Shown in pieces: positions 1-13,100 of a stretch of DNA of 64,000 bases. Location of the stretch: positions 309,077 to 373,076 of the forward strand of contig NMRA01000134.1 in assembly GCA_002633005.1 (NCBI GenBank). The letters are read 5' to 3'. The number at the start of each line of letters is the position of its first letter. Position 1 is the stretch's first letter. The stretch is from Phoronis australis (Eukaryota; Animalia; Phoronida). Made by a program: the position numbers and the translations under genes. The notes under the pieces were generated by a model. The model saw only the letters and a program-made list of their open reading frames with translations. It was not told the DNA's origin and ran no database searches.

Positions 1-604
1 TTAAAGTCGTGTTTGAAATGACTCTGAGTCCATTGCTTCCTGAATTACACGTTTACTTGCTCAATTTACAAAATGATTTGTTTGGGATGGAAAGCATTTT
101 CCACCATGGTATGAAAATTTTGAGATACCGTTTAAAATTTGCGTTTTAGATAGGGCGTGGGATGGAGAAACCTCTTTTACTTGTTATGTTCCTAGACTGC
201 ATATTTCAGACATTTATTCCATCGAAATAGTCTCGGTGCTCTGGTTGAAAAATAAATAGTTTTTGTTGAATAACCATTATTGCCAGTCTGATCACGTGGT
301 TGCTTGACTGACGTAACACATGCTACGCCCTTCAGTAAAAACACTATTTCAATAAACGACACAATTCCTAAAGACATCAACGCATCACCCTGAACGAAGT
401 GCATTTGGGCCATTTTGCATTGTATTCAGGGAGAAGAAAAGTAAAAATGTAGAACGTATAGAAACATGGCGGCTTTCGTGGTGCGTAAGACAAGCCAACG
501 TCTGACGATATTTGCAAAAGGAAATCAAGTGTATTCCGAAGTTTCAGGAAACGTGGCGTAGTTGTTTAAGATACTGACTGACATGTCGCAGAACCGGGTT
601 CAAA

Positions 605-1009
605 TTCTGGGGTCGAGGTCTAAACTCTGTACTCGAAATCAAACTCGAAATTATTTTTGACGTGTTCGTGTCTGCTTTTGCTCGAACACATTATGGTTTA
701 TCCATAAGGGTTTCTAGTCCAGGTTTACCCTTGATGACCTGGACTTGAAACTCTTATGGATAAACCATAATGCGTTCGTCATACAAACTCTAGTCTTCGA
801 GTAAAAGCTTGAAATTTCGAGTTCAGATTCGCCTTAATACTAGGGTCATCAAGTGCAAAGTAAGATTAGGCTGTTATTCAAGTAAGTCATTATGTACTCT
901 AGCATAGAATTTTAGACCCTTATCGTGAGTTCGAAAAAAAGTAGAATAGAAAATGCCAAAAATAATTTCAAGTTCGCTTTAGTGTCTAAGATAAGACCCC
1001 GGACCCTGA
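605..1009. mobile_element. Palindromic MITE-like element with a central 36-bp-arm hairpin
   Basis: ctggggtcgaggtctaa / taagaccccggaccctga termini; inverted arms at 689-772. Confidence 0.55.
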
Positions 1010-1387
1010 TGACGTAAGCCTGGCACACGGTTAGGAAAAAAGTTTAATAATTTATTTCTTCGAGATCGCGGGCTTGGCCAGTTGCTGGATGTAAAGAAAT
1101 CCTGGGTATTTTGTGGCTTCGGTTTTTAAGTCAGCTTTGAGTCGGATGTACAATTTTGACAAATTCTAAAGGAAGTTACTTTTAGCACGTGTCCAGATAT
1201 TCATAAACTTAACATTTTTTGTTAAAGTCAACGTCTACACCGCTTCTGATGTGAATGACTTCTGTGTTCAAGCCGTGCTATTGGCGAACTTTTTAATATT
1301 TATAGAGTGGTTAACGATCTCATTTACCAGTGAGCCAAACGCTTACATTTACTCTGTCCCAAGCCTCATTCATCGCTCTATTTACTG

Positions 1388-1404
1388 ACACACTCACACA
1401 CACA

Positions 1405-1456
<52 letters not shown>
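1388..1456. repeat. (CA)n microsatellite
   Basis: Direct reading. Confidence 0.98.
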
Positions 1457-1461
<5 letters not shown>

Positions 1462-1752
1462 CCATCTTTGTCTGGTGGCCAGAGAGTGATTATATTAAGG
1501 CTTCTTTCATTGTGATACGAGGTGAACATAATTATGAACTTCCATATTAAAAAATGGATCATACAAGATGCAACTCGATATCGATACGATGATGCGCTGA
1601 TGTTTTCACGAAGTGCTAACTGCACATTAGATCAAAGGTTCTTTTTTACAAGTTAACAAGAAAATGTACAAAATTTAATTTTTTTTACAGTAACAAACTC
1701 TGAACTCACAGTGTTAATTATACAAAGCAAACGTATTAACAAACGTGACAAC

Positions 1753-1847
1753 TGGACTCCGTTTCATGAAACTTTCTGTCTTAACTGAGCCCGAATTTCC
1801 GGGGAGGGGGTTGCCTTAAGAGTCGATTTTCATGAAACGGACCCCTG
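1753..1847. mobile_element. Small MITE remnant
   Basis: tccgtttcatgaaa ... tttcatgaaacgga inverted repeat. Confidence 0.5.
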
Positions 1848-3231
1848 AACTAAATAAAATTAACAATGCCAAAAATTTAGATGTATTGGCATTTTTCTCT
1901 GTCGAAATACATTGCGTTTACACGTCTGACAGGCCAGAACATAATGGCTGTTCATTTAACTTGAAAAACCTCATACTGTACAGTGAACAGGTTATTCTGG
2001 GCTCAGTAAATCATCCGTATGTCAGGGTTGTGGGTGGACGGAGGTCTCCAACTGAGGATGAGAAACAGTAACCTATCGTACCCTATTCATCCTGGGCACA
2101 AACATTATAGAGTTACTCTACATTAGTAAAAACAATCAATTAACGGACTTGCACTAAATGGCAATCATTTCAAAATGATTCCAACTTTTGGAACGTTTTG
2201 GAGTATCAGGTCTTAAATTAGACTACAATAATATTACAATAATCAGATGGACTATTGTTAAATAACAAAGTCGACGTTAATTTGCATAAAATAAATGACA
2301 AGGTGAGTATTTCAAAAGTTTGTGAGGGGGTTATTTTGGAACAAATCGTGTTGTGTTGAATCTTCTGGATTTGACAGAGAAATTTAAGGCCATAGATGGT
2401 GTTTTCAATTTGTGAAAAAGTAGAAAGAAATTTAACTCCAAGAGGTTAAGTTATAATTACTAGAACTTTTGCCCCGGCAAAACAAATTTATGAAATATCT
2501 GTTTCAGGTCTACCACATCAGTTTGTCAAGCCCATAAGTAGTCTTATGTCAGATTTTATATGGGATGGAAAACCTTGCAAAATAAAACAGTAACAATATC
2601 AACTTTGGAAAATTGGGGCATAAAATACATTGACATGATTTTAACTGAATCTTGAAAGCAATATCACATGGAAACGGCAGCTGGAAGTTTTTTCCGTTGT
2701 ATTTGTTGAGACAACTTGAGGACAATATTTGATTTTTCCACAAAATTTAACTCGATAAATTATGGACCCCTTTTAAACAGGAATTTCAGACTTTCGGCTG
2801 AACTATTCTAGACATGAAAATATGCTTTTAAAGAACAGGGTTTTTGACATAATGTTTGTTATTCATCGTGACAAATCTTTACAGTGACGAAGTGACGAAT
2901 TAAAGCAGGTTAAATCTATGTAAATCATTTCTTTGATGACCAGAACAAATTACTCTCTTGGGAGGTATTGAAAACTGCATGAAAATTATAATGTTATTCC
3001 TTTTCGATGGCCAATTCAATTTTTGCAACCTCATTTTCATTTAAACGTACATGTAAGCCTACCAGCAATTCCAGGAAGTTAGAATGTAATAATTTTATTT
3101 TTGTGTTACCCAGAAAACATCTGCTGCTTGGCATACAAATTTCCTTCACATACAACTAAACCATGCAAAAATAGCGTTTTATTATGATGAGAAGAAGTTG
3201 AAAACCATATACATCGTTCTCCCTCATACTA

Positions 3232-3451
3232 CATGAGCGCACCCAGGTGGGTCCATTTGGCGAAGCAGGCGAAAAGGTCCGCCTTGGAGAAACAAAACAT
3301 ACCGAGAAAACGAGACAAAAGTCCACTGAAAAGGCACAGACGCACAGTGAAGGTGGTACCCCGTTTTTTTAGTCCTCCCTTTTTTTGTCAGTAAAAGGTC
3401 CACATCGCCAGAAATTCGAGCGCCCCATATTAAAGGCTGGGTGCGCGCATG
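3232..3451. mobile_element. MITE with 5-bp TSD (hAT5-like)
   Basis: TIR catgagcgcacccag / ctgggtgcgcgcatg; TSD TACTA on both sides. Confidence 0.8.
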
Positions 3452-5341
3452 TACTAGAATCCACTATAAAAATTACGACTTTATTAAATGAAATGGGAGA
3501 CAATAATCAGTGTCCCTAGTGTGACGAAGTACAAAATTACAGACAATAACCTGAGTGTCCCCTAATGTAGGAAACACAAAGCGACGGAGAGCTGAACTGG
3601 CGCCCCCTAGGGCGATGAAGTTCAAAACTTTGATCATGCGTTTTTATCTTCAATTACTTTTGAATAAATCTTTTTCCATCAAAATCAATCATGGCAAATA
3701 CGATAAAGTGACGAGCACATGACAGCGTCGTTTTTTTTTAAATTTGAAACTGAAGGTAAAATGCTTCGACATCAACAGAAATTCAAAATCTTTACGAACA
3801 AGTCGTAAAAATGCCTAGTGAACAGTTTGACTTCTGTTTCAGTGGCAGAGAAACACTTTGAATAATGTAGTTTAGTCTGCTTTGCACGTTATATGCCAAT
3901 TTGCCGGTAGTAACTGTGAACTATTCCTGACATATTAAACGAATAATGGAAAATTGGCGGTATTTTTTACAAGTAGAAGTTTTTCATAGTTGATTTGTGT
4001 GTAGAGAGTTTAATTATCTCAAGTTATGCAAAGTGGTCCGAGAAAAGAAAACGGTGTGCGAGGGTATAGAATAACCGTTGCAACCAAGAAATAATGTGCG
4101 GGGCCATGGTCGGTCCGTGCGCCAGCCGAGAAATATGTCCGTGGGACGTGAAAAGTAGCCCGGGAGGGAGAATCATCAGCGAAAGGAGAATATCGTCCGC
4201 GGTGTGCTGGCCGGCCGCAGCCGCGCGCGGCAGGGAAGTATATGTCAACTCCGACGTTTCACGCTCATAAAAAACAGTGCCTCGCTCCTACAATGTCTAC
4301 CAGCGGACTAACGACCTTTGTTCTTTACACAATTTCGTGTTATTCGTCGTATGCGTCACGCAAGGAATATACACAATTGATGCGTTTTGTAACGTGAAAT
4401 AAAATAAAATATTTCACCTTCCTTCGTACCCATCTGACTAGAGCAGATGAATATCGGGAGAGAAAACAGACATTATATTATTGATAGTCTAAACTTAAGT
4501 AAATATTTAATTGAAATTGCCAACAGGCATTATGTATGTGATATGTTGCGCGGCGCTTTCAGGTGATAAGCATGTAAACCATTTCTTGCAATAGACCATT
4601 CATCATGGCGACAATTAAAAAGTACAACATCGCTAAATTTTATATGAACCTGCAGTACTAGGTTCAGTTGTGATCTATTACATACCTAAATTAGAAAGTA
4701 CAACATTTCATCAATAAAAGTTTTTTCACGAATTTCTCCAAATGGCAAGGAAAATATGAAAAGTCGTCGTGAAAGCTGCATTTTGCGGTCGCACTCCACT
4801 TCTGAGGTGGTGCGAAGGGTCAGAACTGGAAATTCTGGGGTAGGGAGAACGGAGGCCGAGGAGGCGGAGGTGCATTTGAGGATGGTCTCCACTGTGGAAA
4901 GTAAACGGAGAGGCTTTACCGAAAAAAGTGAGACCTAGTTACTCTATGATGGGTAGTTCTCCTCTTCCGACGCCCAGGCCGGATATTCTTGCCGGGTACG
5001 TCGCCATCAGGGCGAACCGGCGGTTGCCGTCACACGTCATGAAGTGACATCTTATAATGCAAGCTGAAAACTTTCTTTCAAAGACAACGTTTGATTTAAA
5101 CCAACTTGTAAAATGGTCTCATCTTATTCCGTTGTCAGTTTAGAAGAAGAAGAGATCTTTAGGCTCTAGCGGATAATCCCGACCAACGTGTCCGTCACCC
5201 CATAGAGGCAGGCATCCGCCCGGCCTGTACTGAGCCCTGGAGGCGTCAGCATCGGTCAACATTTCAAAATTTCCGACCGAGCTGAAACGTTCAATCCGTG
5301 ACCTGAAACATATTACACCTGTTCTGAAACAGTAACCGTAC

Positions 5342-5524
5342 CAGTGGCGGATTTAAAGGGAGGGGGAAGGGGGGCATGCTCCCCCGCCGGGCTAAAACTC
5401 TCCCCCGGCATTGAGATTCCAGTGGCCGCAGTTCGCCGGGGTGTGCGAATGGCTGACGGGCAAAATCCTGACAAATACTCAGCTCTGCCCCCCCCCCCAA
5501 CTAAAAGTCCGGTATCCGCCCCTG
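5342..5524. mobile_element. hAT-like MITE
   Basis: TIR cagtggcggat / atccgcccctg; flanks CGTAC/CGCAC; homologous to 15846-15995. Confidence 0.8.
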
Positions 5525-5814
5525 CGCACATAGTTCTTCCCAACGGGCCGGTTCCTTGCGAAATTAGTTTTTCAGGGTTCAAGTTCATGTTTCACTGAAT
5601 ATTAGGGCTGCTGCACCCGGCCGGCGGTTTTACCGGAATGTCGTGCCAATTTACATTTCTCCGGAGCTGAATTTTCTTTCGTCTTTTCTTCAATACGAAT
5701 GTAGAATTAAAACTTGTAGGCCTCCTAGAAACCTGAGTTCTGTGCATATTTGCACCCGAGATTAACCCCAGTCAGTCCCTAAAAGACAACTCGAGAACTT
5801 CAAAACCAATGGCA

Positions 5815-5892
5815 AACAACTGACCTACCACGTGACCGAAGGCCCGGAAAGGTCGTCGATAGGATTTTGGTTCAAGCTCAGTGCAGGTAACA
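5815..5892 (+). promoter_or_regulatory. Candidate TnT promoter / non-coding first exon
   Basis: CpG-rich; CACGTGAC E-box and CCGGAA ETS-like motif; donor gcag|gtaaca at 5887; YY1-like CAACATGGCCG near 6063. Confidence 0.4.
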
Positions 5893-8800
5893 ATGTGTGG
5901 ATTGCTTTCTCACTGTGTTTAGCATATTGGTGATTTTCTGGACATGTGCGTAATTTATGCCATCGTGTTTCCTCGTTTACCTTGCTCCGTAACTTTGATC
6001 GTCGATCTGGAGTTTCGGAGCCGGGCGCCGTCTTTAGTAGGCCCTAGCCAAGTTGTGATTTTCAACATGGCCGTTTGTTTACCTTTCCGACCGGCTTCAT
6101 ACTGGCTTACTCCCCTGTTTCCGTTGGGCGGACTTATAATCGTCGATGAAAGTTTGCAAGGTTATTAGTATTCACTTTGTAGCCTGCAGTTTAGCATTCG
6201 GATTCGGTATGTAAAGTTTGAGCCGACTCGGCTTTCTGCGCTATGAGTGACTACTGTCATACATAGAGTTTCTTAGAGACTTAGACTTAACTCAGGGGGC
6301 AGTCGTCAATATTTTTGACAAGGTGTGCTGTTGGGAAATGTGAATACCCTATGCCATTTTCGTGAGCCAGTACGACAAAACCTCACTGATTTAAATGGAA
6401 TCATTTGTTGAGAGCTTTTAAATTTTGAGAAATCATTCCTAAAGTTATAAATTTCTCAAACTTATTAGGATTTGAGTCTTCCAAATGCTTCTTGTATTAA
6501 AAGTGAATAAACAACCTCATACCTTTCATTAGTTTTAAAACAACAAACCTCAATGTGATTGCAAAATCTTTCTGAGGAGTTTTGTTGCAAAATGTATCCG
6601 TTGGGGATTTCTACACCCAAAGGCTACGATAGTCACTGCTCATCTGAGTTTTATATGCTACCTATGTACAGTAGCACCTGCCTTGATCAGGTATAACTTC
6701 TTCAAAAAGCCTATGTTATTTATTTGATTAAAATTCAATTTAAACAAAGCATTGAATGGGTGTCTTCTTAACCCAACAGACCGAGATATAAGCCTTGTGT
6801 ACAGTTCTGGTTCTATAAAGCATCCTAAAGCTTTTTACTCCTAAGGTGAACTCTTTTACAGAGTTTCTGGCAATAGCCACTTACAGAGGTCTCAGATTTC
6901 GACAACCCCTTTGATGTCCACTTTTCAGTGGAGAAAATTGGTTCAGCTCAAAATGTGGACCCCCTGTGAGTAGTGAACTAGCAGTACTTTCAATGGTCCA
7001 TTTATGATCATAGGGAAGTAATTATTGGAAAAGCCATCCATTAAAATCAGTTAAATGAGACTTTGAGATAATTTGTACTGTTTTCAACCCTGTCTGCAGG
7101 TGACATATTGTGACCTACTGTATCTACCAAGTTCTGTATTGTTACCTAGGCCCATTAACTTCAATGTTTTTGTTCATAACACTTTCACATTGTGTGAACT
7201 AGGGGTTGCCCACAAAGGCCAGTCACAAAAGAGACTGGCCAAGTCAACATCCTATTTGCTCACATTATTAAGGTTAAATTAAGCTTGAAGAGGTGAAACA
7301 TCTGAGAGGCCTAGCATGGGCTGATTAACAGAAGAAGTATTTTTATTGATGCAATTTGTAAACACCCTATTGTGTATTAATACTGAGCAATGGGTTTTGA
7401 GCTCCAGGTTTGACTGTAGTAGGAATGTTTATCTGCAGTGGTGTCCCACTGGTCCTTTGGTTGGTGTTTAAAATTCACAAATCTTTAAAAAACGCATTAA
7501 TTTATTGTGAGCGTTGTTTGTCCATTCCGACTTATAGATGAGGTGATGATGGGTATCCCAGGGTATTACCTACTTAGCTGTGAATTATATTGGAGGAAGG
7601 TGGATTTGTATCTCAGGTATCCTGGATGGTTACTGGGATTTTCCATAGATTTATATGCACATGGCCGTGTTTTCGGAAAATGGAAATTTCAGGCATTTTA
7701 GTTACACCAAATAAACCCCCAGGCGTTTATTAATAAAAGGGGGCGTGCAAACAGAAAGTCATAGTTTTGTTGACTTAGACATTTTTACTTAAAACTGTGT
7801 CTTTAAATTTTATGTTTATAAATGCAAAGTTCTCCAACATCTTATTTATTTATTTATTATTTATTAATGTAATATTTACAATGAGGGTAGCCCCATCAGT
7901 TCACCCTGCTTTCCATGGGGTCCTTGTTCAGTTTTTTAAATGATAAGTGCTCCATAAAACTGAATTTGTGACAAAAAGTTGCCGGGGAGTGGGCTTTTAA
8001 GAGGAAATTTTCTGAATAAATGTCCCACTATCTGGATACTTGACACCAGAAGTTGCAATACCAAATAAATGCCCATGGGCGTCTTAAGTCACAACGGGAT
8101 TCCGAACTCTTGATTCATTTTCAACTGTCAAAATATTTTGGATAATGCAAATTTGTCCTGAGTGAAGTCTACAAATTTAGGAAAAACCAGTCATCAGTCA
8201 TGGAATAGAATAAGAAAGATGGTTCATTTTTGTGATCAGTTCCAACCTAGATGAGTGAGTTTGGAATCGATACCTTTTAGCAAGTTCATATTTAATGCTC
8301 ATTTGATGATACAAAGTCAACCAACTGAAATATTCACCTTCCATCTAGCTGCGATATCTTCTTTGTATTCACAGCCGTCATTCTGACTTTGGTAATCCAC
8401 ATTGTATATTGCTCTTTAAAACAAGAACACAGCACAAAAAAGTAAAGTTGAATACAAAGCCCCCCCCCCCCCTTTTGAAGCAATACCTAACGTGAAATAT
8501 TCTCTGGAGGTTGGAAGTGATACCCAAGATGGTGAAACAGTTATTTGACTCAGTGACACATTCCACCTTCTGGCTATCATCTTAACCCTTCATTTGACTT
8601 ACTGTAACCTAGTAGTACATTCTGTCCTCCATCACATGCTCACCTACAGATTTTACATAAGGTCAAACATTTCTTAGTTGTTCATTGACTCCAATCTGGA
8701 TGAAGGTGATAATTTGAACCTCTATTTTTGACAAATATTAAGTAAAGATAACTGAGGACCTGACTTGTGATTGACTGCTTAGCAAATTAGGCATTTTAAC

Positions 8801-10123
8801 AAGGCCTGTACTCTTTAATGTCTGGATAAAAAGTGTGTGTTGTGCTAAATAGTAATGTCTCTGCTTGCTAATCTTTCATGTGTCTTGTGTTTCCTGGCTA
8901 CAGTTTACTTGAAAAGGTAGACAGACTTAGTAAATGTACACATTAGCCTTGTTTAAAATATGTTTAAAAGCATAGGGACTGAAGAATCTAAAGTTAACAT
9001 GTTTGTCATGTATTGTTAAATAGGCATTAATGAGTGTTAAAACATCATGTGAATTTGTTTTCTAATATTTACAAAACTTCTTAAATTAGTATATCCCTTG
9101 AAAAAACTCGTTATATGGAGCTTCACAATTTCATGTTGTCCAATCGAACACTGGTTCAATGTGTTTATTATATGTAAATTCTCAAAAAATGCTGATGTTC
9201 AGTTTACACAGGAAATCTGTCTTCTTATCCTAAGAAGCCAAAATCAGATTGTGGTTAGGGTCTGTGTACAGTATGATGATGATTAGATTGAGTGGCATTG
9301 CACAGGGAAGTGTCATGCAGAAGCTGTATGCTGCATGGCCTATGTCACCCCTTGGTATACAGTGCAGGCTGGCTGAACAGCCAACTTGTGCCAAATGCGA
9401 CCTGGCCAAATTCACAGATTTTGAGCCGACATGGGAATTTTACCAGGCCCAAAACCTGAGGTGGCATTGGCTTCCTAAGTCGACAAATCAAGCCCTGCAG
9501 CATTAAATATCTTTTTGACCTTTTGTATTAATTTCCATTTCTATTGCTCCATGTGTGTCCTGAAAGTGATTTATAACTTGATTGACCTACAAACAAATCT
9601 TCACTGGAGTCATAGTTCCATCACTCTGACCTTGATTTGCCCAGTGTTCATTAAAATTGACATTTTAAACTGATGGCTTTTGAGGTTTTTTGAGTCGAGT
9701 CTGTTTTAAAATCATTTGATTGTAATTACAAGTGTTGGTTAGCCAAGCCAATTAGCCATTTTTTCACAGCTTCTACTCATTAACTTAGTGACCTGCTTGT
9801 GTAAACCTGTAGCAGCACTCATTCTTTGTGTTACTCATCAACAGACAGACTATGATATCTCTAAGGAAGTGTCCTCCTTATTCACTCAATATCAGCACGA
9901 GACTACCATACACTTTTTCATTATTAAAATACCACTTGTTTGCCATGTCTTGTGCTGAAGGATAGCATTCACTGTATGTCTTCTGTTTTTGTGAAAGAAG
10001 ATATAAAAAAATCATCTTCATTTCATTCCTCTAATTTTACAGTTTCTCTAGAGGAAATACCATTGGTCATTACAAAGCCAGAATTGAATGTTGAACATTA
10101 TACTTAAATTGCGTCTTTTGTAG

Positions 10124-10171
10124 GACACCACCTTCTTCGTGTAAAAGTCCTGTTTACAGAATGGCTAAGCT
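10124..10171 (+). CDS. TnT: TnT start-codon exon (5'UTR + MAKL)
   Basis: ttttgtag acceptor; ATGGCTAAGCT|gtaagt at 10161-10171; joins 13748 in frame. Confidence 0.6.
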
Positions 10172-13100
10172 GTAAGTATCCACTGATACACTCAATCTCC
10201 TGAAGTCTGCAAGTGCTCTGAGTTAAAGTACTTCATTCTCTTCAAAACTCTCTGAAAACAATTACTGAATTTTCCAATGCCCTGGACAGTAATGTTCATG
10301 ACATGCATTGTATATCAGAATTGCATGGACTTGTGTATTCACAAGTCAAACTTGAGTTGCTTTAAAAAACAGGAAACATGGAGCTCCTCACAGAACCATA
10401 GGAACTGGCCTCTTGTACAAGTCAGGGATTTGGCTTAGGTATTTGTGTCGCTTGGTTATATCGTCATGTGACAAACTTTTGCAGAGATGATTGGTGGGTT
10501 AAGAAACATAAACAACGAAGGTAGGACTTATTGAGGTTCGTTATCTCAAGCATGTGATTGAATAGACCAATCCCAATATTAGCAACAAGTCTTTTGTGAG
10601 GAAGGTTCAGAAAAAGTAGCAAGATTGACTATTTCCCAATCAGGTTGCTCCCAAAATGTCATTTTCGTTTCAAAAACATGCATGCGATCCCAAGTTTTTT
10701 CAATAATGATTGATTTTTTCGTATTGAGAATGAGCCTGTTATCAGGTAGCGTATAAGTTATGTTCAAGCACAGTGTATGTCTTGAAGCGTGACAGTATAT
10801 CAACCCACTGCCCCATACACATTATGGGTGATTTCCCCTAAAATCCCTTCAGCGAATTCTGTACATTATTGGGATTGGTAGATTTGATCTTACTGTTGAA
10901 TGCCATCATATAATGCTGCTTAGACTGTCTCCATGGGCTGGGTGCTTTATTTACCTGCTGCTGTCTAGGAGGGTGCGACCTGTGGCTAGATGTGCAATCT
11001 CATTTCAATGTCTGGTAAGCTTGGTTTTGGTGAATGGGCATCGTGCTTGCTTCTATTGGCAACTGCTATTATACTGGTGCAGTCATATTGCTGAAACAAT
11101 GTATTATTTAGAGCACTGTGAATGAGTGTTCATGTAAAAGGTTCACACTAGTCTTGTTGCTGTGACATATGTTCACCAAGAGTCTATCAGATGAGGTGAA
11201 ATATACTAGCCCAGACCTTACAAATGTCTATGATATCAGATAAAAGAAAAATAGATCCACCTCAGACTATAAGAAAAATAACCGCCAACTTGACACTACT
11301 TCCCTCCAACCCCTATGTGGGGGCGCCCCCTGTAGATTATACTTTCTTACCGGTGTATCATTTTTATGCACCTCCAATCATGTTCACAATTGTTTTACAG
11401 AACAAACGGACATTCCTCAGGTTGTATGTTTGTGTTGTGTTGAATTACGGTTGATCTTCATTTGTAGACAAATAAGTGTGTCGTGAGTCATGTACTGGCT
11501 TGAGAGTTCACTGCACGGAAAGTTGTTTGATGTCCTTTTATTAAGTAAAATCACAGTTAAAATGTGCTTCAGTCATTTTATGACTATCTTTTCAGATGCT
11601 ATGGTGGAAACATCACTGGTTTAACACCTTGAACTTCTGCTTGTGTGTGCAAATTTTTATTACTTTGGGCAAGAATAATGGTTCACAGAAAGGATTTTAG
11701 TGCCATTTCCATGTAGTTTAAAACCCCTCTAAGTATTTCAGAAAAAAATCACATGGGATTAATTCCACAAACAGCCATGTCTCCAAAGGATTCATGAATA
11801 CCTGAAAGTTATGTTGCCCCTATTGGCAGACACTGTTACTATACTACACAGTCAGTGCGGTACAAGTATGCCCCAACACATGTAGTGTTATGATTCGTTT
11901 TAATTGAACCAACAAATCAATAGGCCAAGAATAAAGTTTTCTGCTATTAATCCAGCGGAATTTGTTGGAATTCAGAATCCCGGCAAACATTTTTTTCTAG
12001 TGAAAATTTGCTCGAAAAATACACAGGATTATTTTGAGCAAATTTCACATGGGAACGACACTACTGTAATGTGGTTTGGTCAGTGACTTAGTGTACTAAG
12101 TTTATTTTGTGACATCCATCACCAGGTGGCATACTAAGTGTACATGAAAACTCTACACTTATACTGTCAAGTGTATTTCAATTTTCCTGGCTTTTTTGCA
12201 CTTTGGATGATGTAGGCAACATTTTTTAGGGGCCCTCGGGATTTTTTAAAAATCAAATGGTGTACCAGTAGCACCAGTTAAAAGGGAATATTCAAACATC
12301 TTTGAGTTGTTTTGGAGCCTGCTAGGCAGAGCTGGAACTGAATTCTTAAACTGCCAGCGTAGAAGCCGCAAATGTGAACACTGCATGACGAGAGAAATTG
12401 TTTTCCTGATTGTTTTAAGCCTCACTGTGTTATTGGTGTACAATAACTTCTAACACCTCTCCCTAATGCATGTGTTTGTTGAAGCATGTCTTCTCATTGG
12501 ATGTTTCATGAAGCCTGTTGAGTCATAACAGATTTAGTATCTGCATGTTGCTTCAGTGTTCTTTGAAAATTGATTTAATTGATGCCTTGGTCATGTATCA
12601 GTTAATACTCAGTGGATCGTCAATTGAACTCTAACTCAATGACCAACATGTTATGGGATCGACAGTACTGATTCATGATGTTGACAACAGTTTGGTGGCC
12701 TGTTAGTCGTTACAATTATTTTTGGATTATCGAGGGAATGTGTGACGGAGGCATATTCTCTGAGATATAGCTGAAGTGAGATTTGTATTGTTCATTAACG
12801 ATCATTTTTGTTGTGTGGCATGAAAGATGATATTTCATCCCACCTTTTGTGAAGCAGCACACGTAGTCTGGCAGTTCAGAGGACTGCTTGATTTGTCTTC
12901 TATATGAGCATTTTAGAGTGTTTTATATGCAAGAAATCAATATTCTAAACTGACCAAATTAAGATTCATTTGGTTTTGAAATGTGGACATGTTTGCTAAA
13001 AATTGTGCTTTATTTAAAAAACTGACACAGAACTCTTCAAATGCTAAAAAGGGTTGAGGAGAACTCTAGCCATTCTAATATCTTTATAAAAGCTCCAAGT

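Noticed and set aside
466-561. MAAFVVRKTSQRL... transit-peptide-like ORF over a YY1 motif
   Set aside because: Only 31 codons, with no clear donor or downstream exon.
1320-1625. 101-aa ORF with a CV run
   Set aside because: Translation of (CA)n.
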